Position numbers and translations under genes: made by a program. Of a stretch of 64,000 nucleotides of DNA, positions 49,301 to 61,500 are shown one piece after another; the stretch's first letter is position 1, and each line of letters opens with the position of its first letter. The stretch lies in assembly GCA_043228905.1 (NCBI GenBank), contig JBHGNT010000003.1, positions 20,460,001 through 20,524,000 of the forward strand, read 5' to 3'. The notes below the pieces were generated by a model that saw only the letters and a program-made list of their open reading frames with translations, had not been told where the DNA came from and did not search any database. This stretch comes from Azolla caroliniana. Its lineage: Eukaryota; Plantae; Polypodiophyta.

Positions 49301-51737
49301 AGCCCACACCTTTCGAGTCGAATCGTCAATAAAACTGACGAAGTAAGAGGCACCGCCGAGAGACTGATGCGGCATTGGGCCACAGATGTCCGAGTGGACT
49401 AAATCGAGAGGTCTCGTTTCTCTTGGTGCTGATGTCGGGTGTGATGCGGCTGCTTGTTTGCCATACTGGCAATGTTCGCAGAATTGATGGTCCGAGAAGG
49501 AGAGTTTAGGGATGTATCCGGCTCTAGATAGGTGCGTAATGCCGGCCTTGCTGAGGTGTCCTAATCTTCTGTGCCATAGTGATGACACAGGAATATCCAC
49601 CAAAAACAGGTTACCCTCTCTGAGCGTAACATGTAACGGATACAGTGAGTGTATCTTGGGTCCTCTAGCAAGCAGGAGGTTCCCCCTGTGGAGTGTCCAC
49701 CCTCCCGAAGAAAAACCGGCACGAATGCCGTCTTCATCTAGTTGTCCGACTGAGATCAATGGCCTTGAGAGCTCGGGTACATGTCGGACATTGTGAAGTA
49801 CAAGTGTAGAGCCACCTGCAAGGTTGAGCTCTACTGTGCCGATTCCAATGATGTCACAGTGTTGCGAGTTGCCGACTCGAACTGAGTCGGAGTGACGGAT
49901 CGTATATTGCCGAAATTGGGATCGATGAGGAGTCACGTGAAATGACGCGCCCGAATCTAAGAGCCATGTGCTCGATTCTTCAGTCGTGAACAGAACTTCT
50001 GATCCGACTGGATTTTCGATTGATAGTATATTCGGGTCGTTTGGTAGCACATCAGCTGAGAAGCTGACGTAATTGATCTCCTCATGCCGGCCACTCTTCT
50101 TGTCTGATTTCTGAGACTTGTCGTTCTTGTTCTTGAGTGCGCGGCAGTCGGCTTTGATATGTCCGGGTTTCTTGCAATAGTTGCAGATTCGATTATCCCG
50201 TGACTGGCTCCGTCTTCGCTGATTGTTCGGCTGCCGTGAGGAATCTCTTCCTCGTATGTTCGATCGGTCTGTCGAACCTTGTACTACATAAGCGTCTTCT
50301 GTTGAGTCTTTGGCGAAAGATTTTCTCCGAGCTGCTTCGGTCAGGATTGCGCTCGTGACTTCGGAGTATTTAACAGCCGTGGTTGACGCGTTGCACACGG
50401 TTGTGACGAAAGTTTCCCATGATGAGGGAAGGCTGCTCATGAGTATCATTGCTCTGAGTTCATCCTCGATTGCCGTCCCCTGAGATGAGATTTGGGAGCT
50501 TATGCTTTCGTACTCATTGAGATGTGCTTGAACCGAATCTGATTCTTTCATCCGCAAGTTGTAGAGGTGCCGGATCAGAAACATCTTCGTTGCAGCGACC
50601 TTCTTTTCGTAGGTGTCCGACAGTGTTTTCCACAGTTCGAATGCTGTCGTACACAATTGCACCGTAAAGTATACCGATTCCGATAGGTGCATCCGAATCG
50701 TGGCGCGGACGATTCTGTCCAGCTTCTGCCACTCAATTGGTTTGTATCCTTCTGGAGGTGCTTCATTTTCGATGGGATCGATTTGCCCCTTGACTATGAG
50801 ATAGTCCTGCATTTGCTCCTTCCAGTAGTTGAAGTTCGATCCATCGAACTTTCGTAGACTCATTTCTGACGAGCCAAATGTTGATGTCATGACTCTGCCC
50901 TAAGTCGGCTACGAACTTTGGTGAAGTGCAGCGGTTTGGCCCACTCAGTGTCGTTCTAGCCGAAGTTGGACACAAGTGATGTTGATTACGGAGAATCGGG
51001 GATTTGGTTCGGATTGACTACCGACAACTGTCTTAGTCGAGTTGAACCTAGATTTAACGATCCGACAGTACTTCAAGCCGATTCGGTTTCGGTTGACTGC
51101 AACGGTGAGAGCAATGGAACCGACTGGTCCTTCCGATTATTGTCCAATCAAATGAAACACGAACTGGGGTTGTTCTTGAAGTCGTCGTTGTGCAGGAAGC
51201 CCACCTCAAGCAGTTACGATCAAGGAAGTAGAGTACAGCCGATTGGCTTACTCCGAGTGATGATCTAACGCAGCGAGATTCAAGCTTGTGTTTGCCTACT
51301 TTCTTCTCTGTTTCTTCGAATGACGCAAGAAACTGAATGCTTTGCAGACTAGGATGAAGCGAAGAACCGAATGCTGTGCAGGCTGAGACGACGGCCGACA
51401 GCGGGTTGAGGAACCTTGCTCTGATACCAAATGTTGAAGACAAGGCCGTCAATGCGGAAGATCAAGTAGCATTCGATTGGGGTTGAGTACCTGCGTATGA
51501 CAGTTTCTCAGATCGTGCACAGAGATAGAGAGAGAGAGAGAGAGAGAGGAGGCACAAAAGACTCTTTCTATTCAATAGAAACAATAATACAACCAACCTT
51601 ACAAAAAGGTTACTAGGTCACTTTATATAGTGGCAAACTTAGGGCAACTACCATTTATGCTAATTGCACAAATGGCCCAAACTTGAGCTATACAAAGGGA
51701 TAGTGTGAATACGTCCATTATACACTTGTATTCGACA
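46362..51737 (-). mobile_element. Full-length intact Ty1/copia element (copy 2), 5376 bp
   Basis: LTRs 46362-46665 and 51432-51737 (one substitution plus one dinucleotide unit different); TSD CTACG (46357-46361, 51738-51742); PBS 51418-51429; PPT 46666-46672; single ORF. Confidence 0.98.
46859..50890 (-). CDS. Copia gag-pol polyprotein, 1343 aa (gag, zinc knuckle, protease, integrase, RT, RNase H)
   Basis: CNYCKKPGHIKADC, WLLDSGAS, LWHRRLGH...CEHC, DDE core, YVDD, ADGMTK; no stops. Confidence 0.98.
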   Translation of the reverse strand: MTSTFGSSEMSLRKFDGSNFNYWKEQMQDYLIVKGQIDPIENEAPPEGYKPIEWQKLDRIVRATIRMHLSESVYFTVQLCTTAFELWKTLSDTYEKKVAATKMFLIRHLYNLRMKESDSVQAHLNEYESISSQISSQGTAIEDELRAMILMSSLPSSWETFVTTVCNASTTAVKYSEVTSAILTEAARRKSFAKDSTEDAYVVQGSTDRSNIRGRDSSRQPNNQRRRSQSRDNRICNYCKKPGHIKADCRALKNKNDKSQKSDKKSGRHEEINYVSFSADVLPNDPNILSIENPVGSEVLFTTEESSTWLLDSGASFHVTPHRSQFRQYTIRHSDSVRVGNSQHCDIIGIGTVELNLAGGSTLVLHNVRHVPELSRPLISVGQLDEDGIRAGFSSGGWTLHRGNLLLARGPKIHSLYPLHVTLREGNLFLVDIPVSSLWHRRLGHLSKAGITHLSRAGYIPKLSFSDHQFCEHCQYGKQAAASHPTSAPRETRPLDLVHSDICGPMPHQSLGGASYFVSFIDDSTRKVWAYPIHTKDRVFSIFSDWLAMVENQTDRKLKCFRTDNGGEFKSEEFVKFCRQRGIRREFTAPHSPEQNGIAERMNRTIQERIVSMLQHSGLSDGFWAEALLTAVHIINMSPSRPLGLQIPQELWIGSKPNYDKLRIFGCEAYALIPKDDRRKLAPRSRKCIFLGYGSDGEMGYRLWDPERRQIVRSSDVVFNESAMNPSVETPIEVRRVTFSDVPTLQEGPALNTRSASRVAEPYTTDSDNSDSAQQNNSLSDHPTSIPDTTSPIIPRRSERLSQPPERYSPGIFFTDAGEPTSYEEASTSVDSATWHLAMESEMHSIRANKTWDLVELPKNRRALPCKWVYRLKETSDSTTPKYKARLVAKGFRQEYGVDFDEIFSPVVKMTTLRFLLDVVAADNLELIQLDVKTAFLHGDLEEEIYMEQPKGFVATGQEHLVCRLRKSLYGLKQAPRQWYKKFDDFIQSIGFSKSDEDHCLFTNTAQDGSPIFLIIYVDDMLISGRHAGELADLIRQLRLKFAMKDLGPARHILGMKISRHRDKRHLFLSQTDYIRRVLERFNMQSAKSASTPLPMNLRLSQRDCPTSGPEGEDMKSVPYAPAVGSLMYLMVATRPDISHVVGVVSRFMHNPGRSHWNAVKHVFKYLAGTKDHDILFGPNSTSGVVGYTDSDFASCIDSRKSTTGYCFKFGNGAISWKSKLQECTATSTTEAEYVAAFDAAKEALWLGRLAHTFRQVDHDSAPVVYSDSQGAVALSKNPVHHNASKHIDVRYHFVRDCVISGKIGLEKISTTNNVADGMTKCLSADRFRSLRHQMGVTTNQSG

Positions 51738-51960
51738 CTACGAGCATTACTACTCATATTGCTAATGAGTTAAGGTTGGATACGATCAATAAGCATTCTT
51801 GCTTTATATAGAGACCAACATTCACGGTTGACATTTGCAATGTAGTATTCTAGCTTCGTCCTTTTAGCATCTTCCCACTTCATCCTTAACGATTCCACCA
51901 ACCTTTCCTCAATCGTTACATATTGCATAACATTGCCCGAAAGCTCTAAAAGATCATCCA

Positions 51961-52025
<65 letters not shown>

Positions 52026-54300
52026 AATGTCTTCTAAGACCAAGTTTGTCCCATGAGACAATTGGTTACAACAAATGGGATGTGTACCCAATTTTCGAAA
52101 ATAAAAGAAGCTAAACATAGATAAAAGAGTTTTAGTATGGTACAAAAGATGATATGGTGTAACATATTCTATAAAGGAAATGACTATGTGCTAGGACTAG
52201 TTTCATTTCCATCCTTAATGATTCCACCAACCTTTCCTCAATCATTACACAATGCATAGCATTGCCCGAAAGCTCTAAAAGATCATCCACACCCCATCTT
52301 CTAAACCATTTCCTTATGTCAAAAATCCAACCATATGAGAGAATCTTACTTTTATGATTCTTTTGTAGCTTACATCCAACATTTCAAGCAATATGTGGTA
52401 ATCAATGATTTGGCATATTCTTGACTTTTGTAATGTATTTATATACTGTTTGGAGTGCCAATATTTCTATGGGTGAAACACCTGTTTCCAAGAGCATAAC
52501 TTGGTAAGAGGTAGTGCATTTAACTCCTAATTGCCTCCTTAAAAACATCTTTTGAATTTTCTCAATCTCATTCCATGCATTAAGAGCGATGGTGTCACCC
52601 CATACTTCTACTCCTAATTGCCTCCTGAGTCCTTAAAACATCTTTTGAATTTTCTCAATCTCATTCCATGCATTAAGAGAGATGGTGTCACCCCATACTT
52701 CTCATCATTTTTGTTTTCTCCACATTCACTGCTAGTCCACTACTATGGCAAAATTCTTCTAATACCCCAAGTAAATGTTGCGTACTATCAACATCATATG
52801 AGAAGAGTTCCACATCATCTGCATATAGAAGCAATAAGATAACATGTTACATCAATTTGGGGGCATTCAATCCTTCTTCTCTTGCAACCTTATTCACCAC
52901 TTCTTCTAATTTATCAATACATAAGCCAAAGAGTGTGGGTGAACAATATGTGTAAGGGTTGGGTGATTAGGAAGGATTGTACATGGTATGATTTGTTGCC
53001 ACCTTGGATATCCAATTGGGATGGAAGTTTCTCGTGTGAAAGTCATTGAGTGGGTACCCAAAAGGTTAGAGGATGAGTTTATGTATTGATTGTCTCAATT
53101 TTGGCCTTTTCATGTATGGCTTAAGGTGGTCTAATTGATTATGGTTCCTATGGTGTCCCACCATCTTCCTTTGCTACCATGGTTGAAGAAAGCTCTTGAA
53201 ATGGTGTCACACTCAATGCAGAAGTTGTTATAGAAAAGAAAATGGAAAAGTGCCTTGTTGTGGTTGGCATGGGATCATGTTTGTACTCTGATGCACCTTG
53301 GTGGGGCATCAATATTGAATTTATATGAGCATATGGTGGCTCGTTGATTTACGTTTGAGGGCGTACAACATTGGACAAAAAAGGCAACATACTTTATAGA
53401 GAAGACAATCCACTTAAGTTTGGAAACATAGTGGTTACAAGTAATTGGTGGAATGTCATTAATTCTAAAAGAGATGTCAAATGTGTAGGGTCTCTCAAAT
53501 TTGTTGACATCTTGACAAAGTATGTTGGATTTTGTGTAATGGCATCCTCCACAAGAAAGGGGATATGCCAATTCATTACTAATGGAGGTTTTGGCGACAT
53601 CAAGGTTGTTGTGGTGGGAAGGTAAACAACTTCTTAACCTTCAAGTTCATCGGATAGTTAGATTGGGTTTGGTAACAGTCAAGGATGGCATGTTGGTGTT
53701 ACAAAGAATATTAATAGCCTTTCAAACAACAAGATCAACATTTTGTATTCCAAAAGGTTATACCTTTATTTGGGACAAGTTGCAAATATTTGTATGAGCC
53801 AATTCTTAATTTAGATGTGGGATCTCAAGAGCTTGATTGGAGGTTTGTTGGTGTTGAGAGTCGAACTCAACTTCTCATAGTAATAGGTTTTACACTAGCT
53901 CATGGACATACCATGCTAATTTTGTAAATAGTAGAAATGGGCACTTACCCTAGCTTAGTTGGTATTTAAACCAACCACTTGTAACTTAGTTACTGTTGGA
54001 AGTATTTTGGTTAATGTAATATACAATCTTTATCTTTGTCTTAAGCTCTCTCTCTCTCCCTCTCTGTTTTGCCTTACGTGCATACACACACACACACACA
54101 CACACACTCACTCACTCACTCAATTATCTTCCGTTGCATTACACCACCAGCTCCATTTATTTACATTTGGAAATAGGAGATTGACTATGATCTCAACAAA
54201 CGATGTTTATCACAAGTTGATTGACAAACATAAGTGGATGGAACAAAAGGGTTATAACGATATGGGATTTTTGTAAGCCCATTACCTAGTAGTTTCTTCT

Positions 54301-54965
54301 AATCACGGCAATGGGCTTGGTTTAGTTTCGGCTCGGCTCGGTTTCTTGGCCTTGAAACCTAACCAAACCATTTATTCATAATAAAAACCGAACCAAACTG
54401 CTTAGAATTTATGAAGCCATTTAAACCGAATTGTTTAGAGCCAAACCATTTAAAAAGTGGAGAACCATTTATGAAAAAATTATCAAAAAGAAAATGGAAA
54501 AGTGCCTTGTTGTGGCTTTATAAAATTGTTTAGAGCCAAACTATTTAAACAAACCATTTACGAAAAATTTAAAACCAAACCAAACCATTTTTTACAGATA
54601 TTGATAATCATACTTACTATAAATTTGTGTGAGAAAATTATCATAAATTTGGTCATCATACTTATCATAAATTTTATCATCATAAATGAAAAGGGGACTC
54701 AGCATATAATGCATATAAAATTTAATAAGTTAAAACTAGGGTTTAAAATTAAACGTTGAAAGTTACCCCTATAGGGAAATTTAGGAGTCTTTTTTAACCT
54801 ATAAACCTTTAAACCGAAATCGAAAAACCGCGAAACCATGAAATTGAAAACCCAACTGAAACCAAACCAAAAATGTTTATTTATCTTTGAACCAATAAAT
54901 CATTAAGCCACGATTTAATTGTTCAATTCGGTTCGAGCCGAAACCGGGCCCATTGCTATCGATTG
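54301..54965. mobile_element. MITE-like / non-autonomous DNA transposon with AAACC(G) subterminal repeats
   Basis: Inverted ends gcaatgggcttggttt / aaaccgggcccattgc; many aaacc(g)/(c)ggttt motifs; no clean TSD. Confidence 0.6.
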
Positions 54966-55570
54966 ATGCTACAAACTAAGGCATTCATTTGGAGAGTTAT
55001 AGTTGAAGCCTTACCATTGGGGGATGCATTAAAAAAAACATCGTTAAATGAACGTGTTCCTTTTGTTCGATTGAATTGGAACAGTCATCAATCTCTTTCA
55101 TGCATGATGGCTAGGATGGTTTGGAAGTGCATCAATTTAGTGTGGATGTCTCTAACTAGAGTAAGTCTATGTTCCTTTAGTTGGGTCTTTGCACACAAGG
55201 AGAACAATGAACTGATGTCTCATTTCCAAATTATTTTTGAGTATTTGAGGTATTGGGGACTATGGTTCAATTGGAATATATGTAATGCCTTCACATTTTA
55301 TTTGAAGGTTGGGGTGAGAAAATATGTTGTAAAGCTAAATGGATTTCTTTTGTAGCAATTGACAGTGCTAAAGAAGTCATAAAATCTCAACCGTGAAGAG
55401 ACAGAACTCAGCAAGGTTATATATCATTATATTCACCATTTGAATTGGTGTGTAGGGTGGCATTGAGTTTGTAGTTGTAGTGGTATTTAGCTCCTTAGAA
55501 GGGTTCTATACTTTTTAGTTAGTAATGGTGATGTTTTTTCTTTCGTAATGAAAGCCATTATTTACAAAAA
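54963..55570 (+). mobile_element. Old L1-like LINE 3' fragment (zf-RVT region)
   Basis: KAFIWRVIVEALPLG...CMMARMVWKC...LWFNWNICNAF with frameshifts; A-rich end ~55566. Confidence 0.55.
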
Positions 55571-55872
55571 GAAATGTGCGTGTATACATACATTGTGACA
55601 TAGCTTTCTTTATGTGATAAAATTTCGTGAAGGCAAAATATTTGTTGCACCTAATTGGGTTTACTATTTGGGAATCCCATTTTGTACAAATTAGGGAATT
55701 ATTTTTTCTTTATAACATACCATTGGGGTTTCTATCGTTGTTAATTCCAAATGAATATATGAAAAAAGAATCTTCTTTGTGGATTGGAGAGGGTAGTCTG
55801 ATCTGAGTACATAGGTTGAATAGGGAAGTAATGTGTTGATTGTGGAAGGTTCTCATAGTAAAAACCAATATG

Positions 55873-57991
55873 AGCGCAATTGTCACATGTGCAAGACAAA
55901 TTAAGCAAGAAGTTAAACCAATGGAGCAGGTCTAAACTATCCTTTGCTGGTAGGGTTCTTATTGCGAACCAGGTGATGTTCACCACCATGTGGCACTCAG
56001 TCTCGTGTTGGATTATGGACCCTTCAGGCTTGCGCGCGGTTAAGGCTGCCATCAGGGGATTTATATGGTCAGGTAAGGACATCCTCATGGTTGGCGCCAG
56101 ATTGTCATGGCATTGGTTAATACAACCGCGGGCCAAAGGGGGGCTTGGCCTCATAGACACCTTAATCAGAGCCGAGCATTGCTAGCCAAAATGGTGGTTC
56201 ACTGCCTCCTGCCAGGTAAGGAGTGTTGGAAGGTTCTACTTTGCAATAGGTTGCAGGCAGGGACTCCCAAGTATGGTAGGCCTTGGCCCGACTCCTTGAA
56301 TTGGTGTTGCACGAGCGGCGTCCCACCCAAGATGGCTTGTCTTCCAGAGGAGAGGGTCACAAACTCCATCTTGCGGCCATGGTGTCACATACGACATCAT
56401 TTGGTCAAGCACACGCCGGAGACACTAATCGAGTGGTCTAGACAACCATTATTTTGGAACCCTCTGGTGCGAACAAGTGACGACATGATGTTAGGCCAGC
56501 TTAAGGGCCTAGCATTGGGAAAGCTTGCGCAAACAGGGCTTCACTCTTTAGATGATTGGAGACGCACGGTGGCTTTAAGAGGAGCCCAGGAGGTCTCATT
56601 CCCTCCCCTCGAGGGAGCCATGAAAATGCGGAGATTGCTAGTTGAGGCTGTTGATAGGGTTCTAATGGGGGAGATGCTTGGTTCGGTCTCTTTGATGAGG
56701 CTGCAAGGGTTAAGGCGCTGAAGGGCATGAGCGGATCGGGAAGAGATAGGATTTTTGGGGAGAGTCAGAGTAGGGGCTCTTGGCACCCTATCCGCGTGGT
56801 GGCACAGGTTGGTAACATCTGGAAGACAGACCCGGATGTTGCTAAGGTGGAACCCCCTTGGAAGTTATGGATATATGGTTGTCGTCCCCTCGTCGAACTA
56901 GAATGGGACCCAAGGGATTTCAGGTGGAAACATGATGGCAGATTTCGTCATTTCTTCGAGTACAACACTAAACTAGGTTGGATTTTTCAACTGCAGCTAG
57001 ACGGCCCCTTACGCAACGGCTGGCGTACATTGGGCATCCTTGATGAGGTGCTCATTACCTTTTGGAAGGGTCTCTAGCGTCTCCACTTGTCGAAAAAGAT
57101 AAAGTTTTTTTGGTGGCAAATCAGTCATAATGTGGTTCCCGTTGGCGAATGGCTAGGTAAACGTGGCGGCCCGTTAGGCTGCCCACTTTGCCATTCACCT
57201 ATTGAGACTCTGAGGCATTGTCTGTGGGATTGCCCTCACGCTCAAAAGGTATGGGATAGAGTGACTCGCCTCCTTGCGGCATGTGAAGTGGAAGGAACAA
57301 CATCGTGGAGTGTTGCGGTAGGGCTTGATCACTCTCTTGATAGGTGGACGGACGCCTTCAATGTGGATAGTTGGTGCAACGTATGCATGAGAGGAAAAAT
57401 CGCCAAGATTCGATTTGAGAGAGGCTTACAGTCTGCATCCCCTAGGTTCCCAGACATTTGGATGCTTATCGCAGGCTTCACCCTGTGGTATGTATGGAAA
57501 GCGTGTTGCCTAAAGGTCTTCCAGGATCTGGTGCAGCCCCCGGAGGAAGTGATCACGAACATATGGTTTGCGTTTATTAGCTGCCTACGAGAGCAATTGG
57601 ACGAGGTTTGCAACCATTCCTCTGAAGTGGGTACTACTCGTTTGTGCTTTTGGCTGAAATGGCGGAACACGCCTATGGTGACACAAGGAGGAAGTGGCCC
57701 GAGGTGGAACTACCAGCCCCCACGTTGGCTGTTTCCGGCTCACTTACCACCCTCCCTTTGTTGTCGACCCCAGGAGTTGTCTCGTACTAGCCATCACTGC
57801 AGGGCACCGTTTTAGCTATAGGTACTTACACTAAGTAGTTAGTCCAAAAGGCGATGTAACTAGTCTCAATTTCTTGAACTGGATCGGAGGGAGATTCCCC
57901 AATCTGTGTTTAAGCCTCCTTGTACAGTCTCTTTGTAATAATCCTACCTAACTAATGGGAACATAGCTTCATTTTGGGAAAAAAATAAAAA
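55873..57991 (+). mobile_element. 5'-truncated plant L1-type LINE
   Basis: KLNQWSRSKLSFAGRVLIANQV...FIWSG...LSWHWLIQPRAKGGLGL; zf-RVT KIKFFWWQISHNVVPVG...CPLC...ETLRHCLWDCPHAQKVW; A-rich tail 57978-57990; possible short TSD AATATG. Confidence 0.9.
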
Positions 57992-58172
57992 TATGGAACC
58001 TCTTGATTGGGGTTCCCTTTGTCATATTATAAATAATCTACTACTTGTAGGCAAATTTTAAATGAATCTAAGGAATGTGTAGAAGAGGAAATGGGTATTA
58101 ATACTAAATCAATGTTGAGATATTTTTATGTGTTTTATGATCGTGTCATTATTTTGTTCTTTATCAAAAAAT

Positions 58173-58597
58173 GTTGCAAATAATAGTCAGCAACAGTTTA
58201 GTTTGAACCGAACCGAACCGTGAAACTGTGGCTTAATGGTTTAAATGGTTCAGTTCAAGTTCAAGTTTATTTAATGGTTCGGTTTCAATAGTTAGAAACC
58301 GTGGTTTAAACAGTTTAACGGGGTTTTTTTACAACAATCTTTTCATTTTTAAGCCTTATTCTCACATTTTAGGAAAATCTTTAAAATTTTGAAAAATTAA
58401 AAATTAAAATAATGAAATATTTTAAATTTTTAAAATTTAAAATTTGAATTTTGACCAAAACCGAAATCAAACCACGGTTTTAACGGTTTGGATTTTTTAA
58501 ACGGTTTCATGGTTCGGTTCAACTTTCAAAAAATTTAAACGGTTCGGTTTTGACACTCTCGAACCAAACCAAACCGTTGCCGATTGTTAGTTGCAAA
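58173..58597. mobile_element. Second MITE-like element with ~32-bp imperfect terminal inverted repeats and AACCG motifs
   Basis: ttgcaaataatagtcagcaacagtttagtttg versus reverse complement of right end ttgcaactaacaatcggcaacggtttggtttg. Confidence 0.6.
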
Positions 58598-61500
58598 CGT
58601 AAATTGGGGGATAGGTTCATGTATCATGGCCATTTCTTGTGAGACTTAAGAAAACCATGATATTATAGCACTTACCATAACTCCCTTGGACCAAGAAAAC
58701 ATTGCAATCAATTATACAACCTCTTCGATTTATGTTGCGATAGAAAGATAAGATGAGAATTATGTTGATTTCTTGGACCATTTGGCAACTCCCAACAATT
58801 AGTTGGTATTGTGGTATTGTATTTGGATGTGCCTTTGATTGCTTGTCGATTCTCTTTATTCAGAGACATCAGTTTCTAAAATCATCTATGGGCGTGTATG
58901 TTTCAATGTTACATTAAGACAAAATTATCAATGTATGTGAGAACTAAGAATAAGACATGATTGTGGCTATTGCTCTTTATGCGCACAACAATTGGGTCAC
59001 ATCATATTTTGAGTAGGCGACACTACTAGTCAAGATCTTTATTATGTATTCTGTCAAATTATAGATTTTATTTGGCAAAAGTTGTGAAGCATATTATTAT
59101 TTCAAGGATCTTTTACCTATTTGACATATTCACAACTTTGGTTGAACTCACGCTTGAATATCATTCACTAGTTGGCTTTCATGTAAATCAGAAAAGCACC
59201 GGAATATATGCAAGTTTGATGTAGGTTTAGAGTTGGCATTCACAATTGTAATTGGAATCAAAGGTTTTTATTTAGAGGGTGATAGTCAGGGGTCTACCTT
59301 TAGGTTCAACTCCAAGAGTCGAAGCTTGGGAACAATTACATGCTTCATTTATACTAATACAACTTAGTTGGATGATAGTTTTGAAATTTCAATGTGGGAA
59401 TCCTATTGTTCATAAATTTGAAAATACACAAATTACATTTGAAAACTTTTATATTGATGTAACTTAATGCTTATATAGTGGGTCTTTGCACAACATATGC
59501 AAATTTTTTACCCAAATGATGAGATGAAGATCATTGGGATTGCGGCATAACCTTGCCAAATAAGTTGTTCTTTGGCGGAAAAGTTGTTTCTAAAGCATTA
59601 AATGCCTCTTAAGTAGCATACATATCTATGGTGTGTGGAAACATGATCTTGACTCTTGCATATTAGTGTGTAATTACAATGAACACAAATTAATAGATAC
59701 ATACTTGTTTTTTACTTGTTATAATATGACTAGGTTGCATACTAATGAATAGATACATACTTGTTTTTTACTGAGCAATTATTTATTAAATTTAGACATA
59801 TCAAATGTTTATCATGTAATTTAATTAATGTAGAGACCAAGTGTGTAATAATTTTAATTTAACTTAAGATGTCTTCGAGGCGTCCTCGATTGTATGGCGT
59901 GGATACATGTCTTTATGTGTTGATATATGACATGTTCTTCGCGATTGGAGAGTGATGTCCCTCCAGTCCCTCTATTAAGTTCATCATAACGAGGCAACCC
60001 CTTGGTATTCAGTAGTGACCCTTGGAAGGGCAACACTCTAAGGTATGAATTGTGTTGGCCCTTATGAGGAAACGTAATTCAATCCATGCTTAGTGTTCAT
60101 CCACGTGAGATCAAACAAAGGGAAACCACCCTTTTATATACATTGTTGAGTACATGTAAGCAAGTGTGAGCATGATATATAGTTTGCTGTCTCAAAATAA
60201 AGATATGATATTTTCCCCTAAAATGGCTGTCCAACTAAAATTAGAGGATCTCAAATAGACTATGTAATCCAAGTACACGTTCTACATATTCTTACAACCA
60301 AACAATTTGCAAGTTGTTCCTGACAACATTATAATGCATTAGCTTTATCCTAATTAGGTTCCTAAAAGTAAGTAGCATAGTAATTAGATTAGGTTGTCAT
60401 AGTTACTTTTGTTAAACAAGCTTTAATAGCTTTCACCCTTATATTATTATGTTGATCTTAACCTTAACAAAGGAGATATGGTGTACAAATATGTGTAGTT
60501 CTTTTATATACACATCAAATTGCCTATGATGTGAGTACAATGGAGTCAGTTGGTATACTCGTTTATCCAACACAACTTTTGTATTTCTTATGATTTTATA
60601 ATACCAAGGCGTATCTCTTTAGGGAGGGGCGGGAGGGAATGACGATATGCAAATAAATCACAACTCCAGTTCAAATGGATGAGATTAGATAATCACATCC
60701 CATTAAGTACATATGTGATGCAAGTGATCACATATTCCACTTAAAGAGTTAATTTTAATGGATTTCTATTCAAAATATGTATATGCTCTTTTGCACTTGT
60801 GCTATATTTCAAAATGTTTGTGTTAGATGTTATTTGATCACAAACACACCATGGGTTAGAAGAAAGTGATTCTTTAAGTAGTCAATTCAAAATTCAGCCA
60901 CAAAACTCTAGTTGAATCCCTTCTAATTGTGGGTAGCTCGAGGCAAAATCAAGCCATCATGTATGTAGTATGTACATCTTCACATTTATAAACCGGAAGG
61001 TCAATTACATGAAGCGATTTATAGCTTTACATCCTAAAAGTACTCTTTCATCCATCGCCTATGAAATATATAAGCACTCTTGTGACTTATCACATCAACC
61101 GCAATCCATTTCAAATTTGATGTTATGAGAAATTGTTTGATGTTGAGATTTTCCGGTTAGTGATCATGTTGGATCTTGAGCCTCTTCACTTAGGGGTCTC
61201 ATATGTTCTTCATGATATTGTATTTATTAATTGGGTACCCATATTACAACAATCAAAAGGGAGAGAGATGCACAGGAGTCTAGAAGTTAAAGTCAATAAG
61301 AATTACATTCTCTTTTCTCTGACAATGCTTAAGAGATTATAAGTCAATCCCCTTGTCAAATTTACCCCTAGGAATGAATCATTGAATCATGCCTTGTGGG
61401 GACACATTGGCTAAAGGGAAATTAAATGCTAAGGAAGCAAAATTGTAGTGCTACCTCACTTGCATCAATGCAATGTGTTGGAGACAAGCCAAGGATTTCT

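Larger units (their letters stand above)
45978..52950 (-). mobile_element. Degenerate non-LTR retrotransposon (45978-46361 + 51738-~52950) split by copia copy 2
   Basis: RRALTLLHTRSHKLGIEVASW...CKACNEGIVEDECHLLFTCSTY; 3' end in TTCTAA repeats; homologous to the copy in the cyclin T intron. Confidence 0.72.
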
